A program made the translations under genes and the position numbers. The notes beneath the pieces were generated by a model. It worked only from the letters and a program-made list of their open reading frames with translations. It was not told where the DNA came from and made no database searches. A stretch of DNA of 64,000 bases from Christensenellales bacterium (GTDB taxonomy: Bacteria > Bacillota > Clostridia > Christensenellales > Aristaeellaceae), in contig JAXGME010000004.1 of assembly GCA_040768845.1 (NCBI GenBank), forward strand, positions 106,771 through 170,770, read 5' to 3'. Of the stretch, positions 9,029 through 21,000 are shown one piece after another (positions within the stretch are counted from its first letter, which is position 1; each line of letters opens with the position of its first letter).

Positions 9029-12000
9029 TCCTCCTTGGAGGCGTTCGAGGCTCCGCCATCTTTGGATGGTGGGGCCTCGCCTGCGCTTTTGGCGGATTCC
9101 GGGGCCCTCGTGACGCTTGATTCCGGATCGGGCGCGTCCGAACCGACCGCCGCGCCGGAGGCCGAACAGGAACCCGAGCCGGCCGCCGCGCCGGAGGCCG
9201 AACAGCAGCCCGAGCCGACCGCCGCGCCGGAGGCTGAACAGGAGCCCGAACCGACCGCCGCGCCGGAGGCTGAACAGCAGCCCGAACCGACCGCCGCGCC
9301 GGAGGCTGAACAGCAGCCCGAAGCCGAGCCCGAGCCGACCGCCGCGCCGGAGGCTGAACAGCAGCCCGAACCGACCGCCGCGCCGGAGGCCGAACAGGAG
9401 CCCAAACCGACCGCCGCGCCGGAGGCTGAACAGCCGCCCGAGCCGACCGCCACGCCGGAGGCTGAACAGCAGCCCGAACCGACCGCCGCCCCGGGCATTG
9501 AGGCCCAGGCGTACGTCGCCATTCCGGAAGCCGGTCAGAGCAGCGAACCGCAGGGGATGGTGCTGGCGGCGGAGCCTCTCGGCGCCATTGCGGCCAAGGG
9601 CGGCGTTGACACGGCCGGGGCGAAGGACACGGTGGAAGCCTACGCCATCCCGGCGGGCAGCGCCTACATTCGCGAGGCGGCCGGCCTGCTGACCTACAAA
9701 AACGACGCCACCGCCAACGCCATCCAGAACGCGCTTCAGGATGCGCTGACCACGGCGCGGGATGCCGTCAACAAGACCGCGACCATCGTCGTCACCGACG
9801 GCACCTACAACGGCGGCGTCAACCTGGACGCCTCCGCGGGTTCGTCGCTGTCCGAACTGCTGCTGTCGATTTTCGGCAGCGCGGACGCGGCCAAGGGCGT
9901 CAAGCTGCAGATTGTCGCGGAGGACGCGCTGAACGAAGCGGGAGAAGCCACCGCCAATTCCGCGGGCGGCGCGCAGGTGGACGGCTCCGTCACCATCAGC
10001 GGCCTGGACGTGGTGCTGGCGGGTCTGTACTTCTCCACCCGGGCGATGGTTTCCGTCAGCGACGCGGACAGCTTCTCCTACTACGGCACCCGGCTGTCGG
10101 ACGATGTGGACATCTCGGTTTCGCGCGTCAAGAAAAACATCAAGGTAGACCTGGGCGAGGGCGACGACAAAGCCTCCGTGCGGATCAAGCAGGCGCCCAC
10201 CGTGTCCGCCAGTATGACCGTCACCCCCGAGATGGGGCAGGACGCCACGGCCATTTTTGAGGCGCTGACCTCGTTCAAGGCCTCCGAAATCAGTCAGCTG
10301 GGCGCCAGCCTGGCCGACGCGGTGCGGTCCTTCCTGGCCACGCTCAATGGTTCCATTTCCGGCATGGTCGTATCCGACAGCCTGACCGTCGACATCGACG
10401 GCGGCGCTGGCGAGGATGAGATCGCCGTCAAGCACATCAATTCCACCGACCTGACCATGGCAAGCGGCGACGCCGGCTCCACCTACGGTTTTGCCATCGA
10501 CCTTTCCAAGGTCGATACCTCCATCCGCGGCGGCGCGGGCAGCGACGTTCTCGGCGCCACCGGCGGCATGGAACTGACCTACGGCCGCAAGGTGGTTTCC
10601 GCGCTGATGGAGTACGTGGCCGAGGAATTCGACATCGCGGGCAGCAACCTCCGGTTCTTTGGCGGCGACGGCGACGACGTGATCACCGTGGATACCACCG
10701 CCGCCTTCCCCTCCTTTCGCGGCGTGACCGTGGACGTGGCCGGCGGTGCCGGGTTTGACCGGCTGCACCTGACCGGTAAGCTGAACGACAGGATTGACGC
10801 GGCCAGCCGCATCACCGGAAACACCTCCGAACTGACCATCGAGGCGCTGGCGGAAATCACCTTCCTGGGGGATTTGATTGACGGCATTCGCATTCCCTTC
10901 ACCAAGCGGATGGTGGTAAACAGCACCGGCGTGGACGCGTTCACCGACGCGCTCAAAAACAAGAATACCGTCGCCCTCTCCGCCCTGGCGCCGGGTGCCG
11001 CGGCCCAGTCCTTTACCGACTATGTGCTGGACGCCTCCGGCCCGGTGGACTACACCGCAAACCTCGCCATTCCCGGCGGCGGGCTGATGCTGGCAAACAT
11101 CGTGGCCGACGGCGGCGAAAGCCTGACGGTGACGAGGCTCGTCGCGCCGGACTTCAACCTCCTGCTCTCCGGCGGTGAGATCACCGTCGGCGGCGAAGTC
11201 AGGGGCAAGAACATCCTGATCAATTCCGTCGTGACCGATATCGCCGAAGCGGCGATTGAGCAGACCATCATCGAGGACGACCTGAACGAGGAAAACACCG
11301 TCGACATCGAAGTGGGCTTTTACAAGGCGAACGGCGCCGCGAAGATCACCGTCGCCCCGTCCGCAAACCTCGTGGCCACCCAGGCCATCGACATGCTCGC
11401 CAGCCTGACGCTGGACAAGCCCTACCTGCCCACCGGCGACATCTTCAACCCCTTTACCCTCAAACTGGGCGAGGTCAATATTGACATTCGGGGCGCGCTG
11501 GCCGCGGGCGGTTCCATCCGCGCAGACGCGCTGTATTCTTCCACCGTGTCGGCCACCAACGGCCTGCTCAAAGTGGTCATCCCCTTCGGCGTGGCGGCGA
11601 TCACCGGCGACACCCGGATCACCGTCGGCGGCGGCGCGCGCCTGAACGCGGGCGCGGGCGTACTGCTTCGCGCGGCTTCCGATACTTCCGCGGAGGCCGA
11701 GGCCACCATGGGCGCGCTCAAGTTCACGCTGGCGCTGGCGGTCGTTCAGGCGGAAACCCACGTGAAGGTGGGGGACACCGCCGCCATCGCCGCGGGCGGG
11801 GCCGTGAAGCTCTCGGCCATGAACGCCGTGCGCGCCGAGGCCGCCGCGCTGGGCAAGAAGCCCAGCATGCTGGCCCTCAAGCCTGCCTCGGGCGGGTATA
11901 TCGCGGGGAGCTTCGTGTTTCAGGACACCAGCGCCACCATCGCGGACCACGCATCGGTTTCCTCCGGCGCGGCGCTCTCGGTCCGGTCCGAATCGAGGCT

Positions 12001-15000
12001 GAATACCGCCACCACCACCGTCTCGATTCCGGCCAGCCAGTCCGACGGAAGCGGCGGGGAATCGTTCCTGCCCACGGACCAGATCCGGCTGATGAGCATC
12101 GTGCCCTTCGTGGAGACGAAGCTGTTAAAGGTAGAAAAGGCCCCGAACCAGACGGCCTTTGGCAAGCTTCTGTCGGGTGTTACCGGCAGCAACTCGCTGG
12201 GCAACAAGTTTACCGACGCCACCAAGACGGCTTCCTCCTCGGGCACGCCGTCCAGCACAAAGCAGGTGGTAGGCGCGCTGGCGCTGGCCTACGCGGGCAA
12301 TACCAACAGCGCCCTGATCGATACCACCGGCAGTGTGACGGCCGCGGGCGCGCTTGACGTGACCGCGCTGGCCGCCACCGTCAACCAGGTGCGCGCCGAC
12401 GGCTCGCTGTACAAAACGCCCATGGCGCAGGCCGAGGACGCCAAGAACTCGGTGGGCGCGGGCGTGGCCATCGCCGTCACAAACCACGACAACAGCGCCA
12501 GGATCATCGCCGGTTCGATTGCCGCGCGCGGCCTTTCCGTGTCCGCCGTTACCGGCCGGATCGTCTCCTCCTCCATCGCAAAGGCCGGCCACATCCCCAA
12601 GACCTCCAGCTTTGGCCTGGGCGGCGCGGTCAGCGTGCACGTCGTCATCGGCCGCAACGAGGCGCTGGTGGGCAGCGGCGCCGCCTACAACCTGACGGGC
12701 GGCGCGGTGAACGTCGTCTCCACCGGAAACGGCGCCTTTACCACCGTGGGCGACGCATCGGGAAAGCGCGTCACCCCCAGCCTGAGCTTCGGCGGCATTA
12801 CCATTCCGCTCAAGCCCACCACCGGCAGCGAAAAGGACAGCGTGGGCATCGGCGCGGGCATCGCGGTCAGCGTGACCGGCGCGGACTTTATCGCCAAGGT
12901 GGAGGACGGCGTGCGCTTTGGCACTGCCGTTCTGGACGGCGTAAATGTCAAAGCCTCCTTCTCCGGCACCGAGACAATCCACGCCGCCGCGGGCGCGGCG
13001 GGCGGCACGTCCATCGTGCCGGTGCTGGCGCTGGCCGTTTCCGGCGTGTATTCCCAGGCCTACCTGGGGACGCAGTCCGGCGCGCTTTCCGCCACGGGCG
13101 ATGTCGCGATCTCCGCGGCAAACAGCATGAAGCGCAGCGTCGCCGCCGACGCGGCCGCCGCGGGCAGCGGCGTGGGCGTGGGCGCGTCCTTCGGCATCGC
13201 CGTCATCAACGACAGCGCGGAGGCCACGCTGAAGCGCAGCGTCACCGCCGCCAATGTCCTCGTGGACGCCAAGTCCGTCAGCCGCCTGACGATGACCATC
13301 AAGGCCAGCGCGGTGGGCGCCATGCCGCCCACCAGCACCTCTACCGGGGATGCCGCGTCCGGCAAGACCCAGGAAGACTATGACAAGATGAAGGACGACG
13401 GCTGGCCGCTGGATGACAACGGCGACGACATGCGTTCGCTGTTTAATGAAGGCGAAGCCGATCAGATGGCGGACAAGAACACCCAGGCCGCAGCGGACCT
13501 CGCCGCCGGCGCCAACACCAACAACGTCAACGCCGGTTCGGTGAACCAGCTCTCCCAGGACCGGCCCAGGGCCGAGACCAACGAGGGCAGCATTCAGGTG
13601 GCCGCCTCGCTGGCGCTGAACATCCTGTCCAACAAATCCCTGGCCACCGTGGGCGGCGGCATCGCCGTCACCGCGACGGACAAGGTGCGCGTGCGCGCCG
13701 TCAACGATACGGACGCCACCATCTCCGCCAACGCCAGCGCGACCAAATCCACCACCGGCGTGGGCGTGGCGGTGGCCATCAACTACGTGCGCTACCAGAA
13801 CAAGGCGAAGATCGGCGCGTCCACCCTCCGCGCAAAGTCGCTCCTCGTGGAAGCGGACATCGTGGAGGCGGACAATAAAAAGACCGTTGAGGAGATCCTG
13901 ACCAAGCTGCTCACCTACTTCGCCACCACCGAGGGCACGGAATTCCTGATGGATGCGCTGCTGGCGGTGGAGGGGCAGGCCAGCCTGGATGCGCTGCTCG
14001 CCGCCAACGGCCTCTACGGCGCGGATTACGCGGCGCTGACCGCGACTGAGAAGGAATCCCTCCGGAAGCTCATCATCCAGCAGTTGACCGAACAGCTGAC
14101 GAGCGGTCAGCGGGGTGATGCCGCGGGGGCGCTGCTCTCCGGGCTGATCGAGTCCACCGTCAAGGACTTCTTCGATACGCTGACCGACCCCGACTTTATC
14201 CTGAATATGGTGCTGGGCGCGCCCGACGCCTCCATCGGCAACCTGTTCAGCCAACTGGCGCTCAAGGGCAAGGTGGCGGCGGCCGCCATCCAGGAGGCCA
14301 TCGTGCTGTCGCTGGCCCAGAAGTTCGGCAATCCCGGCGAGTTGGACGGCATCGGTTGCCTGATCTCCACCTCCGCCATCTCCGGCGTCGGCGCGGCCAA
14401 CGTGGGCGTGGCGGGCTCGGCCGCCATCGCGGTGGTGGACGGGGAGACCGAAGCCCTGATCGAATCCAGAACCGGGTATGTGGACGGCGACATTGCGGTG
14501 ACCGAGGACGCGGCGATCCGCGCGCGCGCCGCGCAGAAGGTGTATACCACCGCCACCGCCTCCGCCGACAAAAACGGCAAGCCCGTCAAAAACAAGGACG
14601 ACAGTTCCGGTACCTCCGTGGGCGTGGGCGCGTCGGCGGCGATCTCCATCGTCGACGTGGATGCCATCGCCTCGCTGGGCAGCTATCGCAGGCTTTCGGC
14701 CGGGACCCTCGCCATCCTCTCCGAGGCGCAAAACGACATTGACTCCGTCACCATCGCGGGCGCCGACCCCATCGCCCGCAGGGAAGCGGTAAAGGTCACC
14801 CCCCCGGGCATCGGCCAGGAGGTCTCCCAGCCCGCCGCCAACAACACCACCACCAAGGACATTTCGGTGGACGCCGCGGTGGCGCTGGCGGTCATCACCA
14901 ACAACGTGCTGGCCCAGGTGCTGGAGCACGCGTCCGTCACCACCACCGGGCACGACACCGTCAAGACCGGCGTGGTCGACGGCGCGGGCGTGGAGGAAAT

Positions 15001-18000
15001 GGTCAATTTCCTGCTCAGCGCCTATCAGCGAGGGCAGACGAAGGCTTCCGCCTCCGGCTTTGCGGTGGCGGGGGACAAGGCCGCCGTGGGCGCCGCGATC
15101 GCGGTGAACATCGCCATGTCCGACGTGCGCGCCACCTTTGCGGGCGTCGGCCTCGTTGCCGGCAGCGCGAAGATCACGGCGCTGACCTCCAACGAGGACG
15201 AGGCGAACGCACTGGCCACCGTGGTGGGCGCGAGTCTGGATCGCTACTTTGACCGGCTGCGCACGGCGCTCAGGCTGGGCAGCGTCGGTTCCGGCGGCGG
15301 CAGCGGCAAGATGAACGCTACCATCGTCAACAAGATCAACGGCTTCCTGCCCAAGGCGAAGGAACTGACGGCCAACGTGCCCTTCTCGGCCAAGCTGTTT
15401 GACCTTCTGGGCGTCAAGACGCCCGCGGCGCCGTCTTCTTCCACCGCGAGCGGCGCCGCCACGGGCAACGCCGGCGGGAACGCCAACAGCCAGTCGCTGG
15501 ACGACAGCGCCAAGAAGGAGCAGAGCATCAACCTGGCGGCGGCGCTGGGCGTCAACGTCACCAACCACTGCGCCACCGCGGAGATGACCGGCAGCCTGAC
15601 GGCGAAGAACGCCGAGATCAGCGCCGCGGACAGGAGCAACTTCCGCACCACCGGCAGCGGTGCCACCGTCACGCTGCCCTCCCAGCAAAACGCCAACAAC
15701 ATCGCGCTGGGCATTGCGGTGACCGTCAACAGGAACAAGGCCCATTCGACCGTCGGCGGCAGCCTCACCGCCACCGGCAGCGGTTCAAATAACGGCGCCA
15801 TCCGCGTGACCAGCGCCGCCACTCAGAACATGGACGGCGCCTACCGCGGCCTTCTGGGCGCACAGGCCGTGGCCTGCGCCATCGCGGGCAGCGGCGGCAA
15901 GGTGGGCCTGGCCGGCGCGGTGGCCGTGATGGTGGCCGGCGCCGAGTCCATCGCGCGGATTGCGGAGGGTGCGCTGGTTCGCGGCGGCGCGATCAGCATT
16001 CTGGCCACCGACCAGTCCAAGCTGGCGGTGCGCGCCGGCAGCGTGAGCGCCACGGGCGCCTCCGCGGGCGTGGGCGCCTCCTTTGCCCTCATCTATGCGG
16101 AAAGCCTCACCCGCGCCACGATCGGCAAAAACGCTCAGGTGTACGGCGGCAGCCTGAAGCTGAGCGCGGAAAAGCTGCGGGTGGATTCCACCGATTATCA
16201 GTTCCCGCTGGGCATCTCCACGCTGTTCACCGTGGACGCTTCGGCAGACCGTTCCGGCATCGTCAACCTCAAGACCTCCGGCGGCTACGCGCTGGAGCTC
16301 AACCTGGGCATGGACGATGTCATGAAGACGCTGGACATGCTGAACTTCCTGGCTTCGGTCAACTACTACGTGGAGGCCATTGCCGGGTCTGTGGTCGGCA
16401 GCTCCGACGCCAAGCTCGCGCTCGCGGGCTCGGTGGCGATGCTGTTTACAAACAACGAAACCGCGGCCGAGGTGGGCGACGGCGCGGTCATCGTGCTGAC
16501 GGACGGCAGCCTTGACGTGGATGCCTCCAGCGACACCGTCGCGCGGTTGATTGGCGGCGCGGTGGCGGCCACCACCGGCAAGTCCGGCGTAGGCGTCAAC
16601 ATCGCGGCGCTGGCGGACGAGGACATGGTGCGCGCTTCCATCGGCGCGGGCGCGAAACTTGGCGCCAGCGGCGACGTGACCGTGGACGCCGCGGCCGCTT
16701 CCGACACCTGGGCCGTCACGGTGGCGGCGGGCGTATCCACCGGCTCGGGGCCGTCCATCGGCGGCAGCATCAACATGATCGTATCCGGCAACACCGTGTG
16801 GGCCGGCGCACTGGGCGCGGACGGCGACACCGCGGGCGGCGAAGAAATCACGGCTGGCGGCGATGTCCGCATTTCCGCCGACAATGTGGCGAAGATGACG
16901 CTGATCTCGGCCTCTTTGGGCGCGGGCAGCGGCGTGGCTGCCGGCGGCACGGCCGCGGTGATCGTGACGAACAACGATACGCGGGCCGCGTTGGGCGCGG
17001 GCGCGAAGCTGACCGCAGGCAGGAGCGCCGCGATCTCCGCCCGGAGCGCGGAGACCATGCTGAACATTCTGGCCTCCCTCTCCGGCAGCACCGGCAAGGT
17101 GGCGGCGGCAGGCACGCTGGGCGTCATGGTATCCCAGTCGCTGACACAGGCCTCCGTTGGGGCGCAGGCGCAGGTGACCGCGGCGGACGGTGGCGTGCAG
17201 GTGACCGCCGACGGCGCCGTGACCCAGGTGGTGGTGATGGCGGCGGCCTCCGGTAGCACCGGCGGCGCGGCGGTGGGCGGCACGGTCAACGTGGGCGTGT
17301 TTGACCACCAGGTGAATGCGCTGGTGGGCCAGGGCGCGAAGCTGCAGGCGCAGAAGCTGGCGCAGGGCAACAACGTGATCGTCCGCGCCTCGGCCGACAA
17401 TTCCACGATTCTCATCACCTTTGCGGGCGCGGCCAGTTCCTCCAGCGCCGCCATCGCCGGCGCGATTCCGGTGGTGGTGGTCTCCGACAAGGTGCAGGTG
17501 GACGTCGGCAGCTACGTGATCATCGAGGCGGGGGATTCCATCGCGATCATCTCCCGCGCCGAGAGCGGGCTTTACAACATCGCCGGCTCCGTGGCCGTTT
17601 CGGCGGGCCAGGCGGGCGCGGGCGCGACCATTGCGACGCTGGTGATCGGCAACAGCGTGAATACCAGGATCGGCAACCGCGCGAAGATGATCGCCCACGC
17701 GGTGATGGAGGATGCGGCGCTCCCGGCGGGCGTGCAGCTGCCCAACCGCGACGCGCGCAGAAGGGGCGTTCTGGTCAGCGCCACCGCGAATTCCACCCTG
17801 GCGATGATCTCCGGCAGCGGCGCGGCCTCGACGGGCAACGCGGCGGTGGCCGGCGTCGTGCATACCCTCGTGCTCAAAAACAGCGTTAAGGCGGTGGTGG
17901 GCGACCACGTGGTCATGGTGGCCGGGCGCGAATCCAGTACGCCGGGCTCAACCAAGACGGGAGACGGGGAGGTGATCGTCGAATCCGACGACGACTCACA

Positions 18001-21000
18001 CATATACAACATCGCCGGCGCGGTTTCGGCGTCGTCCGGAGCCGGCGTAGGCGCGTCCGTCGTCGTAATGGTCTACGACAAGCGGATGGAAGCCTCCGTT
18101 GGCGACGGCGGGACGATCATCGCCACCGACGACGTGACCGTCCAGTCGACCTCCAAGGATACCGTGATCCTGCTGGCCCTCAGCTTTGCGGGGGGCGGCA
18201 ACGCGGGCGTTGCGGTGAGTGCCAGCGCGCTGGTGTTTGAAAACGATCTCTTTGCCGCGCTGGGCGGGTCGGTGTTCTCTGACGGCGATGTGCTGGTTAA
18301 CGCCGACAGCGAAACCACCATGGTCAATACCGCCGCGGCGGTTGCGGTGAGCGGCACGGCGGCAGTCACGCCCGTGGCGATCGTCACCTATTTTGAAGGC
18401 GCGACCAACGCCCTCTTCCGCGTCGGGGCGGACATTCTGGCCGCTGGCGGCGTTTCGCTGCGCGCCAAATCCAAGGAATTCATCACGTCCGACGCCGCGG
18501 GCGTCAGCGCCTCCGGCACGGCCAGCGTATCCGGCACGGTGGATGTGGTGCTCTCCAAGCAAAAGACCACCGCCGTCACCGGGAGCGGTGTGGTGATCGA
18601 CGCGGCCGCGCTGAATGTGAACGCGGCGGACGACTACCAGTTGGTGGGCGTCGTGGCGACCATCGCGGGCAGCGGCACCGCCGGCGTGGCCATCACCGCG
18701 CTGGTCAGCGTGCTGCACAACACCGTGAGCGCCATTCTCGGCGGCAACAACCGCATTACGACCCGGAGCGGTGATGTATCCGTGAACGCCAGCGCCAAGC
18801 GCGACATCGGCGCCTATGCCGGCACCGTCGCGGCGGGCCAGGTGGGCGTCGGCGGCACGCTGATGGTCGTGGTCGCGGGCGGCAGGATGAAGCAGGACGC
18901 CGCGGATCAGCTGAGCGCCAGCTTCAAGCCCGGCGAGTTCATGGACGGCGCATTCTCATCCTCCCACGGTGCCGCTTCCGGGTATGAGAAGGACGATGTC
19001 GGCGCGATGCTCGAGGGCGACGGCGACCAGCAGTCCAAAACCAATGTGGGCAGCGGCGGCTCCTTTGACGGCACCGGCGGCTACAAGGACGATTCGGTTT
19101 CCGGCGATGTGAGCGTTGCACCCGGCAAGAATGCCGACAACAGCAAGGCCCAGGCCCCGGGCGCGGACACCAGCTTTGGCAGCAACGGCGATATCGACAG
19201 CGCCGCCGCCATCGGCTCCGCGAAGCCCACCTACGCTTCGCAGGACGCCACCAGCGCCATCATCGGCGCGGGCACGGTGGTCAATTCCGCCCGCGACATC
19301 CTGGTGACATCCGGCGACGATCTTGTGGCGGACCTGATTGCCGGCACCATCACCGGCGGCGTCTATGCCGCCGTGGGCGCGGGTGTCGCGGTGGCCGTGC
19401 TGTTCTCCAACGTCGAGGCGAAGGTGGAAGACGGCGCCACTCTCCACGCTGGGCGCGACATCAAAATTCTGGCGACCGCCGGGTCGACCACGGTGGAGGA
19501 TACCGACACCCAGCGCACCGGCGCGCTGAAGGACAGCTTCTCCGCGGGCAGCAACAACCCGATGGATCTGACCAGGCGGACCATCCGCGCCATTTCGATC
19601 ACCGGTGGCGGCGCCCTGGTGGGCGTGTCGGTGTCGCTGGCATCGGTCAACGTGTTCTCCACGGTCATCGCCACCCTGAAAGGCGATGTTACGAAGTCCG
19701 CTTCCCTCACCGTGATGGCTTCCTGCGACTACCCCAACGTGCTGGCCGCGACGCTGACCGCGTCCGCGGGCGGCGCGGCGGTGGGCGCTTCGGTGGCGGC
19801 GGCGGTGTTTGGCGCGACGGTGGAATCCTCCGTCGCCGGCGACGCGAAGATCTCCGGCACGCAGGCGGTGAACGTGGCCTCCAGGCTCAATACCGGCGCG
19901 ATTTCGGGCGCGGGTGCCTTCGCGGCGGGCGGCGTAGCCGGAAACGGCGCCGTCGCGCTGGTGGTCAACATCTCCCGGGTCGATACCTTCATCGGCCGGG
20001 GCGCAACGGTGAGCCGCAGCGATGCCCTTGCCCTCTCCGTCAATGCGGATGTGGACACCGCGGCCCGCGCCTATGTGCTCAGCGTCGCGGTATCCGGCAG
20101 CGTGTCCATCGGGCTCTCCGCCGCTGTTACCGTCATCAAACCCGAAGTGCTCACCTATATCGGGACAACGCCCACCGGCCACACCGCCCATTCGGGCGCG
20201 GGCGCCGCCGGCGGCAGCGTGAACGCCTGGCGGGTCGAAGTCAAAAATGACGTCACCAGCCTGGCTCAATCGCTGATCGCGGCCTTCTCCGCGGGGGGCG
20301 TGGCGGTGAACGGCAACGTGCTTCTGACATTCAACTTTACCGATGCCGTGGCCGCCCTCAGCGGCGCGACGGTGACCGCCGATGCCGTCAGCATCAATGC
20401 CTACATGGATTCCACCGCCCGTTCGGTGGTGCTGGCCGGAACGGCCGGATCCGCGGCCATCGGCGTGACGGTGAGCTACGTCCATCTGCGCTCCAGCAAC
20501 ATCGCCAGGATTGACGGCGGCATGCTGGAAGCGGACGCCATTGGCCTGTATGCCGGGAAGCTGGGCAGGGCAAATACGGCCACAGCCGAGGCCACCGCCG
20601 TGGCGGGCAGCATCGGCGCTGTCGCCGTGGGGCTCAATACCGCCATCGCGGACAATCACGCGCAGAACATTGCGGAGATTCTGAACGGGAACATTGCGGC
20701 CGACACCATACTGGAGGTGTACGCCGTCGGCACCGCCACCGCCACGGCCCGGGTGCTTGGCTTCTCGGCGGGCGTCGTCAATGTGGCGGGTACGTATGTG
20801 CTGGCGCTGCTTCGAAGCGAGCAGCAGGCGCGCATCCTGGGCGGCAGCGTTACCGCAGGTGAACTGTTCGTCAAATCCTACCTGAACAACGCCGCCGGCG
20901 ACAGCACGCTGGCCCAGATCGTGACCGGCAGCGGCGGGCTGCTCAGCGCGACGGTCAACATGGCGCTGGCCTATGGCCGCGCGTCCTCCGTGGCGGTGGT

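Noticed and set aside
9140-9495. The possibility that the 36-bp tandem array is a CRISPR or a non-coding minisatellite.
   Set aside because: The units abut directly with no spacers. They are in frame with the giant ORF and encode a coherent PEAEQ-P-E-P-T-A-A peptide repeat. No cas genes are present.
10150-10775. Calling the giant protein an RTX toxin or type I secretion substrate on the basis of its GGxGxD motifs.
   Set aside because: The motifs are isolated, N-terminal and not tandem nonapeptides. The protein has a Sec-type N-terminus. No T1SS ABC/MFP genes are in the window.
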